A DNA stretch of 64,000 bases. Origin: Cyanophora paradoxa CCMP329. Its lineage: Eukaryota > Plantae > Glaucophyta. The translations under genes were made by a program, and so were the position numbers. Under the pieces are notes generated by a model. It made no database searches. It was not told the DNA's origin and saw nothing but the letters and a program-made list of their open reading frames with translations. Of the stretch, positions 54,436 to 64,000 are shown piece after piece; the first letter of the stretch is position 1; each line of letters opens with the position of its first letter. The DNA is taken from positions 1 through 64,000 of the forward strand of contig QPMI01000494.1 of the NCBI GenBank assembly GCA_004431415.1, written 5' to 3'.

Positions 54436-57137
54436 TCTAGATAGCAGGCAATAGCTAAAGAAATGTAGACGCACTAGGTGTTTCTAGCTTTTTCAGCTCC
54501 TGTAAATAAGGCGGGCGATTCTCGCCAGCTGCAGGCCGTCGGACACTAGCTATAGATTTATCGGTAGGGCCTCCTGATTCCGACAGATCAGCGTTTATTG
54601 CCATGGTCTGGACTGTAGATGCGTGCTCCGGATCCGCGCGCGCGTTATTCGAATTCTTGATCATGTTTTAACACCGAACCTTTTTAAGATCGATATCGGC
54701 CTTAATCGGCCTGATTTCGCCGCATGATAATTAGTTGTTGATATCCATTCGCTTGCAAGTTGTAACCCCGACCTCTTTTGTAATTTTCCACTTTTGCGGG
54801 GTCGTGATTTGCGTTTATCTGGAGAGTTTGTTTGAGTTCTGATCTAGACAGACTCTGAGAGCTAGTCGCCGAGCAAGCGCAGTGGCGCGGTTTTTTGAGT
54901 TCTAGATCTAGGCTAGCAGCTTCTGCAGATGTGAATTGGCCGAATGAGATTTCGACGCTTCAATATTAATGTGAATCAGGTTTTGTAATGGCATACGTAT
55001 AAACGTGATTTTGTGTATTCCGACTGCGAGTCGTGATTCAGCTGCGCACGCAATAGTAATGATTCAGTTAGCGCTGCAGGTATTGAACGCACATATATAT
55101 GTACATGTATAGATTCGCAGGATTCAAAAGCTGATCATTGATCCCTGAGCCACAAGCTAAATCAACTATTGATATCGATATTCATGGAGACGCCCTGCAG
55201 GCTGCATGCAGCTATTGCCGTCAGCGTGTGAAGCGGCAAAGCCTAGGCGCGCCGTCAATGCGTGACGATCAACGAACTGAAGTAGATAGCCTCAACTGAC
55301 GTAATTTACTAGGGGCCCGGCCGCGTTTGGCGCGCCGGGGGTGCAAGGGGGGAATCGGGATCTAATGAAAGAGGCCCGGTCGGCGTGCTCGGCCGGCACA
55401 CGCGGTTCTGCAATATAAGCTCGATATAAGCTCGATATAAGCGCAGCAAGAGAGTACGGTCTAGATCTGGCCGGCCGGGCGTGCTCGGCTGCGATCAGCT
55501 GCAGCGGCGCAGGCAGCAACGCAAGCAGTTTCTAGGCGGAAATCTAGAGGAGACGTTGACAGGTAGAGAGAAGTGGTTCCATGCAGAACCGCGCAACGAA
55601 TTCGAAGAGCAAGGCGTACGCGACGAACTGCGTGGCCGGAAGCCGAAATCTAGAGGAGACAGCTAGGGAGAACTGTTTCCATGCAGAACCGCGCAAGGAA
55701 TTCGAAGACCGGAGTTAGAGAGAAGTTAGTTTTCCCCTCGAAAACCACTTTTTCCCCTCGAATTCGACGCTCGAAAGTCGAGAGCTGACCGGTCCACCGA
55801 GCCAACAAGCAGGGGGGCAAGCCCCCCCGCACCCCCCCATTTATTGAACTTGTATAATCTGCAATATCAATGAATCGCAAATCTCGCAATTTCGCGAACG
55901 CGTACGTGAATCGCAGGGCTTCTCCAGTGCTATAGCTCAGCGGCTAGTTTCTGTGTGTGAAGTCTTTGTGTGAACGTGAATCGCGCCGCGGCACCATGAA
56001 TTGTAATCGCGAAATTCGCACTGCTGTCTCTGGTGGGCAGGTGCCACGGTGCTTTAATTTGCGCATGCGCTCTCAGCGGAGCATGATTATAATTAATAAC
56101 TGCACGTGCACATGTTGGGCGCCGGCGCCGGCCTCGTCATCGATATATATCGTCACTATCGTGGCAGTCTGCCAGATCTAGACACTCTCGTGGCAAAAGA
56201 ATAATCACGATCCTAGGGCTCATGATCATCGGATCAGCATCGTCTTCAAATTGCTACAGCCGCGCTATTTCGAATTCAGGGAATCGGGCGCTTCGCTCGA
56301 AAACTAGATTACTAGCAGCATGCGCAGCCCGTTTACGTGCACAGATCTAGAAGGTCCGGTGCAGCATGCGCAGTTGCAGCACCGTACCCAGTGCCTATAC
56401 ATGTGTGTACGCGGTTGTTCAGCCAACGACAGCTGCAAGCTGTAGCTGCTGTACAGCCCGTACTACGCCCGCGGTAGTACGCCTGCATGCATGAATGCAG
56501 CTGCAGCCTACAGGCTACAGCCTACAGGCTACAGCTTATACCAGTAATTACTCCGGTGCGCGTTTCCGTTACTTTCCGTTACTTTCCGTTAACGTTATCC
56601 GCCACCTTCCGTTACTTTCGGTTACCCACCAGTGACCGCCAGTGTCCGGCACTGTCCGCCACTAGGACTTTCCGTGCACGTGCACACCAGTGACAGTGTG
56701 ACACCACTGGCCAGCTTAACTGTTCGGAACTTCTTCGAAGTCGCAATTCCGGTACCTGGTACCGGACTCCGGGAGCAACTTCCGATGATAACAATGAACG
56801 TCATCGGGATATTGGACCGATTCGTACCGCATCGCGTCGCGACTCGCGATCGATTTCAACTTGGCAACGACCGATCGGACGGATTCAGCTGGCCAGCCGC
56901 CAGCTGGCCAGCGCCGGCGCCCGGGCGGCGCCGCTGCCGGCGCGCGCGGCCGCGTCGCCCGGTGCCAGCGCGCCGGCTGGGCGGCGGGCGCGCGTGGGCG
57001 CCGGCTGTGCGGCCGCCGCCGGCCCGCCGGCCGGTTGTCAGTGTAACTTGTCACGTGCACAGTGTGGGCAATGGGCATGCGTGCGCTCACTGCTCATGAG
57101 TCATGATCAGCTGCGCTGCCTGCGCATGCGCTGCGCA

Positions 57138-57698
57138 TGCGCGTTCACGTGGCAGCCCACTGGCAGGCGCCGCCAGGCGGTGACAGCGGTGTTTTACTAC
57201 TGGTCCGAACTCAAAGTGCCAATTGAGTATGAGGTCGGGACTCTAAGCTAGTCGGGAGTTTGAATAGGGGCTCCGTTGCGTACCGTAGACTCCGTAGTAC
57301 CGTAGTACGCTACTGCCAGCCTACTGGTACGTATACTAGGCTAGTACGGGGCCTCTATAGCTACAGGCTACAGCCGCCTACTACGGGCCGCTGTGCGGGC
57401 TTCCGTGGCCGGGCTAGGCAGCTGCGCAGCCTGCAGCTGGCATGCTGCCAGGGCCAGCCAGGCTGGCTGGTTAACGTTGTGCCAGCCTCTGCCAGCCCAG
57501 CCTGGCAGTGCCAGGCTGCCAGCGTAAGCTTAAGTCAAGTGCGTTGGCCAACGCATGCGCAGTCACGCGCGTGCGGTGCGCGTTCACATGGCAGCCCACT
57601 GGCAGTCGCCGCCAGGCGGCGACAGCGGTCTTCTACTACTGGTCCGTACTCAAAGTGCCAATTGAGTATGAGGTCGGGAGTTTGAATAGGGGCTCCGT
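57138..57698 (+). repeat. ~120-bp direct repeat pair (57138-57276 and 57577-57698)
   Basis: Directly alignable, with six substitutions and one 17-bp insertion in copy 1. Confidence 0.8.
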
Positions 57699-59007
57699 CG
57701 CGTTTTGGCTCGGCTGTTGCGTACTACTCGTGTTTTTTTACGTGTGTGCGCTTGCGTCATAAGTAATAAGTTATAACTTAGTATCGGAAGGCGAATAACC
57801 AACATTTTCGTTGCAGACTGGCCCTCGAAAACGGCCTCATAGAAAAATTTTGGCTGAAGCGAGGGAACGGGAAGCAAGGGGGCCCCCTTCCCCCCTTGCA
57901 ATAAATTATTGCTGGACAATTGCGAAATCACAAGATTCGAGCTCACTGTTCAACGGTTCGAATTCAATTACACAAACTAAATTTGCGCACAGGCCGGGGT
58001 TCGCTCTACCTTCAGAAAAAACGAGCTCGAGGTAGTCGACTTGTCTCACAAAAATCATACACGCGCATGCGGCGCCTCCTCGCGGGTCCTCACCGCGAAT
58101 TCAACCGCGAAGATGACGCCGACCTCGATTACGGCCGACGCCCGGCGGCCCCGCGCCGGGCGCCCGCGGCCGCCGCAGGTCCCCTGACCACGGGGCCTAG
58201 GGTTTTCTGGGGCCCAGGGCAGGGGCTTGGAGGCTGGCCCCATTACTTTGATTTCTAGCCGCCACGCCCGGGCCCGGCCCTTGCCTTAATTATAATGCAC
58301 AGAAAACCCCGACCACGTTAACACGAATTCCCAGCGCCCTAGCTATAGGCGCCCTGAATTCGAAACCCCCTGAGCATCCCAGCGCGTGCAGCGGCGAGCC
58401 GCGGACTTTTATTACAAGCTTCAGACATTTGCAGAATCACACGCGCACACTGCAGCTGTACATGTACACACAATCCGATGATGACGACAAATTAAAGAGC
58501 GCTAAGACGCAAAAGTCAATTGCAAGCTATACAAAATCGGGACGAAAGCCTCGCGAACACAGTAAGAAAGAAACAAAAATGAAGGGGAAGGGGAACGAGC
58601 GCGAGATGCTGCAAAACACAAAGAAAATACATCAGTCACACATGCACAAAAGCTAGAGATAGCCTAGCAGAGTTAGGAGAGAGAAGATATTTAACTGAAA
58701 GACATCGAAATGAAATACACAGAGAATGGAAGACAGTACTACGATACACACTGTACAGCAGCTACAGTCAAAATTGGCCTGGCTCAAGCGAGCTCCTGAT
58801 CACACACCAATCTCCTATACAAAAAAGGCAGCCAGCGCCGCCGGTACTACGGTGCAGGGCGCCGCAGCGAGGGCACCGGATCCGGAGGCAGGCGGGCACG
58901 GGTACTCTGCGAGCTCGAGCTCGACAGCTTGGAGCCTCCCAGAGCCCGAGGCAGAGCCGCGGCGAGCTCGAGGGCGCCGGCGGGCGGCGCTCGCGTACGC
59001 GCTCCGC

Positions 59008-62000
59008 TCAGGCGGTGGCGGTGGTCCGCTGGTCGACGCCGGCGGCCGAGAGGAGCCCCGAGACCGACCAGGAGGGGACCGGCGAACCCGCCCCGCCCCG
59101 CCCCTGCGGAAGGATCGATATCCGGAGAGCGCTCGTAAGAAGGCGACGAAAAAGGGCGGGTCGTGTATGTCTTTTGATTATTGAAGGCTTAAACAAGGCT
59201 ACTAAGGACAGGTCATGCAGGTTGATTATTATTGCCAGGCGTTTATATATAATTAGGAAAGCCGAGGCCCCGCGGGCGCGGAAAGGGGAGGGGCCGGGGC
59301 CGGGGCCGGGGCCGGGGCCGGGGCCAGGGGGGGTACAGACCTGCTCCGCCGGGCCGCACGCCGCGGCGGCCTTGGCGGCAGCGAGCCGCCACTCGTCTCG
59401 GTACCTGCAGTACCCCCCACATCCGTGAGCCGCGGCGGGGGCACCGCCGAGAGGCGCTCTATACAACTGTTCGCAAGCTCTGTACAGCTACACCTATAGG
59501 AGGGCACGTGCATTACCATAGATATAAAAAACCTAGAGGACTAAAGGACCTAAAAAGGGCAGAATGTATGTAAAGTAACAGGGGCGCGGGGGGTGCAGTG
59601 CTCCTTTAGGGACCGGGCAGCGGTCCTAACAAGGCACGCTGGCGAGGAGTGTATAGGGCCTAAAGAACCTATATAAATCTATATAGGAATAAAGGACCTA
59701 GAAAGAGGAGAATGTAAAAAGACTAATTAAACGCACTCGGGGCAGCGGTCCTCGAGGAACCGAAGAGCGAGGCGGGCCGCGTGCGACTCCGCCCTGCGCG
59801 CCCGAAGGGAGCGAATTCGAATCACGAAAGGAAGATGACTAAAATGCTTCGCTCTGAGTATACGGCTCTACAGCGCATGAGCGCTCCCGGACGTCAACGA
59901 TGGGGAGAGGAGGGCGTGCTCCAAAAACCACGAGAGAAATAGAGAACGGCCGAAACTCTTCGATATCGATCTTAGGAGAAAGCTCTTGGCCTTTTCTAGC
60001 TTGTGCACGCGCGTGCATGGCTAAAACTCCTAGCTCTTAGGAACACTTTTACAGGGCCGCCGGGCCGGGGCCGCACGTGGCTCCCTTGGGGCGGGCGGCG
60101 GCGAGCGCGGGGAGGGCGCCGGCCGCCCCAAGAGCCGCGGCGAGGGCCTCGTCCAGGGCCCACAGGCCCCCGGGGCCCTGCGCTATAATTAGAAGGGGGC
60201 TACGATAGATAGAGAGGCGGGGGGTACGTATACGCGCCTGGAGGCGGAGCAGGGCGACGTGCGGGGGGCTGCCGCTGCCCTTCTGGAGGGGTACCGCCCC
60301 CTCCGGCTTCGCGGGGGTACCGGGGCTCGTGGCCTCCGGGGCGCTCGCACGCCGCTTCGGGGGCGGGGGCGTGAGGGGGAGGGGGGGTACGGCATCCAAA
60401 GAAAAAGTCGGGGGGGGGTACGGCGCACCGAGAAGAAGGAGCGGACGAGGGAGGCGCCGCCGGCGAGGAACGAGGCGCGGCGGAGGCCGGCGGGGCGCCC
60501 GCCCTGTGCGAACGAAGTGTCATTGCCAACGAAGCGTCTCACGCGGTCGCGGCACGAGATCAAACGATCTATTTATAGTTCGGGGGGGGGGGTGGATGGG
60601 CGGACCGTGGCGGGGGCGACGCAGGGGATACGGAGTGCGACGCCGGAATCGTCCGCCGCGTAGGGCGCCGCGCGCGTACCCAGGCCCGTCCTGCGGGGGG
60701 GGGGGGGAGGCCGGGGGGGGGGAGGCGCTCAGGATGGGGAGAAGGGGTCGAGGGAAAATGGGGGTGTACCGGGCGGCCAGGGCCGCGGTCTTTGTGGCGG
60801 CCTGTCGAAGGCTTAGGAAAGGGCGCGAGAGCGCGGGGGGGGGGGGGGGGGGGGGGGGGGCGGGGAGGGGGGGTAGACAATTTCACCTGCGGGCCAGCCG
60901 CCTCGCTCTCGCGGACCGCCGCCCGCGCCGCGAGACGCGCCGCCGGGCCGCCCGGCAGCGCGCGCAGCACCTGAAATTCGAGGGTGAGAAAGGAGTTTAA
61001 AAGGAGTTTGAAAGGATTTGAGGTTTAGAAAGGAGTTTGAGGCTACAAGTTTGAAAGTCTAAAATATCTTGGTTAGAGACTTGAGATTTACAGAGAAAAA
61101 AGGTTGGTGCACATTGAACGGCTATGGCCCGAACTAACTGAACTTCCCAAAGCGCACGCACCGGGGCGTCGATCGCGAAGGGGAGCGATGAGAGAGCCGC
61201 CCCGGCCCCGGCCCCGCGGGCGACCCCGGGGTCCTCCGCCCCGTGGGCGAAGCGGAGGAGCCCGAGGGCGTCCGAGTACTGGCCCTGGGCCAATAGGTCC
61301 CGGGCAGCCTCCTGGGAGGCAGGGGGCGCCGAAGCGGCGGAGGGCGTGGCGGAGGCGGCCGCCGCCCCCGGCAGCTGGAGCGTGCCGGAGAGGCGAACGG
61401 TCTCCGGGAGGCCCGGGCGCCCTCCGCAGTGCGCGTAGCACTGGATCCGATCGCCCGCGAATGAGAGCGGGAGCTCGGGGGGGGACTGGGCCGCCCGGGG
61501 GTACCCCCAGTCGACTGCGGGGCGGGCGAGCGCCGGCGCGGTGCAGCGGCCCAGCTGCCGAAGGACCGCCCCATCGATTCGGCCTCCCTCTGCGGGTCCG
61601 GAGCGTCAGATTGTCGGCGGGGGTACGGGGAGACGGCTGGGGGGTACCAGGGACGGTCTCGGGGTACCCGCCGCCGGCGCGCGCGAGGGCGGCCGCGAGC
61701 GGCCCCGGGGGCCCCACCGCGATGGGGAAGACTCGGGCCTGCGTGGGTACGTGAAAGGGGGCGGGGGGGGGAGGGGGCACGCGGGTACGTGCCTCGGCGG
61801 CGCGGCCGGCGGCGAGCTCGACGGCGGACTCGGAGCCCTCGAGCTGCGAACGAAGATTGGCGGGAGGCGGAGGGGGGGGGATAGATAGAGGGGTACAGCG
61901 GGTCACCTTGGCCTGGCTCGTGATCAGAATGATCTGCCGCTGCCTACGAGTACGGGAACAATCAAGACAGGGACGTGGGAGGGGGGGGGGGGGGGGGGGG

Positions 62001-62970
62001 TTTGGAAACGCACTTGTGGCGGCCGGAGGTACCGGATTCGTCGTACGCGGCGGCAAGGCCGCGCCACAGGTCGGGTGCCTGTACCCCCGCGGGGGGGCGA
62101 AGCCGCGAGAGGAACTTATCCGCCTGCGCGGCGGTCGGCCTCCGAATGGCTGGGGGAGGGGGGGGAAGCGGGGGAGGGGTACGTGGGCGAGGCTCTTCTC
62201 GCAGAGGGGTACGGCGTGCGGGCTGCAGTGCTCCGGCTCGGCCGCGAAGCCTGCAGACAGCGCGCCGATCAGAACCAAGAAGCGAAGAGGAGGCGGGGGG
62301 GGCGGGGGGGGAAGGACGGGGAGGGAAGAAGTCGAACGGGGGTACGCGCACCAACGATGCCGAAGCGCGCGTCGCGGGGCAGGGAGAGGAGGGCGAGGCG
62401 CACGGCGGCCTTGGCCTGCTCCAGCCTGCGCGCGGCGCCGGCCCGGCCCGGCCCCGGGGCGAGAGGGTGAGAAACTCGAGCTAGTTCCTAGGCCTTGATC
62501 CTAGGATTGCGTTTAGACGCGAGACCTAATCATAACCTAATCTCTCAAGCAGCTCAAGAAGCGATTCCTAAGCTCTCCGGAGTGCGTTAAGACGCCAGCT
62601 GCAGATCGGCGCACCGCTCGCGGCCCAGCGTGGCGTCGATCGCGAAGCAGAGCTCCAGGCCGGACCCGGCGGGATTAGAACCGGGCCAGGCGGGGACGGC
62701 GCTCAGCGCGAGGGCGGCGGGGCCCAGGTCCGCCCCGTCGCGATCGGCGAAGGCAAAGGCGGCGGCCGCGGGGCCGGAGAGGGGTGCATCAATCACGACG
62801 GCGCAGCCGGCGCGGGGCGCGCGCTGCCGGATTCGAAGTCAGGCCCATGAATCAGATCAGATCGAATTCGATCGGATCGAGAGGCGTGACTCACGATGGG
62901 GCCGATCCTCGCGTGCACGACGTCGCCCTCGACCGGCGAAACCGCTGCGGCGAATTCGATCGATCACGCT

Positions 62971-63006
<36 letters not shown>

Positions 63007-63860
63007 GGTGTACCGAGGAGGGCGCCGTGGGTCGGGGAACGGAGGGGCCCAGGGCGAGCGGGGGCGGGGCGACGAATGCCACGTCAACCTCAAGACTCGC
63101 GCTCGAATCCTGCCGTGAACATTAGGCTTGGCCTGAATGATGGGGCGCGGAGGAGAGGGAGGGGGAGGTGGGGGAGGGGAGGGGGGGGGGGCGGGGAAGG
63201 GCGCACGGGGGCGGCAAGGTCGGGGGCGAGGAAGCAGGGGGGTACGGCGAAGCGGACGGCGCCGTCGCCGGCGGCTGGCAGCTCGCACAGCAGATCGATT
63301 GTGGCCGTGAATTGATCGCCGGGCGCCAGCGTCAGGCGCCGGTCGCCGCCCTCCAACACCACTACGCCATCCTCGCCCAAAGCTGCTGCCGGTGCCGCCG
63401 CAGCCGCCTGTCCGTGTGCGCCGGCAGTCGGGAGAGCCTCGCCCGCCGCGGCGGCCGCGGCGACCGCGGCGGCCGCCGTTACGGCATCTTCGGGCTTTGG
63501 GAGGCGTCCGGCGACGCTCCAGGCGCGCTCTCCGGCCCCGAGCCGCGCCCGGAAGCCGCAACACGTGGCCCCGTCAGGAATGGCGAATCGGAAGGATACG
63601 TCCGCCGTGCGATCTCCGTCGTTCAAGAAAAGCTGACAGACTGCGATGAAGGTGCGTTAGGTGCGATCGGGGCGAGAGGCACGCGCGCTCGCTGGCGGGG
63701 AATTGATCCGCCGACGGCAGCCGGCGTCACGGCGCGTCGGCGGCGCGGCACGTCCACCCTCACCTGTCAGAGAGCAACTGAACCCTTCGATGGTTGCGGA
63801 GACGGTGCATGACTGCAGGGGCAGTGCCTGGCCGTCCCGGCTGACGAGTCCAGCTGGCAT
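59008..63860 (-). CDS. Multi-exon VIT (vault/inter-alpha-trypsin inhibitor) domain protein with degenerate VWA-like region
   Basis: N-terminus GLVSRDGQALPLQSCTVSATIEG..F.N...ADVSFRFAIP.GA..CGFRARL (VIT). Then RQIILITS, RVFPIAVG...LARAGGG and a C-terminal EWRLAAAKA, as in VWA5-like proteins. Exon assembly is incomplete. Confidence 0.6.
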
Positions 63861-64000
63861 AGCGCCGATCCGCTGCGCTGCGGGCCGATCCTGCTGCTCT
63901 TGAAGTTGCCTGGCACCGTAGCTGCTGCGCTACAGCCTCAGGCTTGTTGATCTGGTCGCCGAAGACGGGCGATCCGATGGCGATTGATAACGCATTGTAT

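Noticed and set aside
19283-63903. Numerous overlapping Arg/Pro/Gly/Ala-rich ORFs in the six-frame track
   Set aside because: Expected from very high GC content and few stop codons. The real genes are spliced and were identified by conserved motifs instead.
1-64000. tRNA or rRNA genes
   Set aside because: No cloverleaf or rRNA-like conserved segments were recognised by eye; a covariance-model scan would be needed to exclude them.

Overview
The window has two compartments with a sharp boundary at ~17768. (1) Bases 1-17768 are AT-rich, intronless and gene-dense. They form the right-hand part of an endogenous Polinton/Maverick-like virus: D5-like SF3 helicase, protein-primed family B DNA polymerase with an endonuclease-VII-like insert, retroviral-type (rve) integrase, a patatin-discoidin fusion, a long phage-tail-fibre-like protein, four paralogous fibre-like proteins with a shared N-terminal module and different C-terminal domains (two are C1q-like), a small phage-type fibre-associated protein, a Zn-ribbon protein and a prokaryotic-type S-adenosylmethionine decarboxylase. 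Capsid, packaging ATPase, protease and the left end are not visible and presumably lie left of the window. Non-coding viral DNA contains three copies of an inverted 9-bp-iteron/AT-core unit resembling a replication origin. It ends exactly at the host junction in a 95-nt hairpin with three tandem G.A mismatches and a GCGAAGC cap. (2) Bases 17769-64000 are GC-rich, intron-rich eukaryotic host DNA (protist/alga; a glaucophyte is suggested only by inference). They encode a membrane-bound cyclic-nucleotide phosphodiesterase, a full-length ABCG/PDR transporter, an ACC-synthase-like PLP aminotransferase, a cathepsin B-like protease, serine acetyltransferase and a VIT/VWA protein. Host genes were assembled by eye across introns, so their outer boundaries are approximate. 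Most GC-rich ORFs in the supplied track are spurious.
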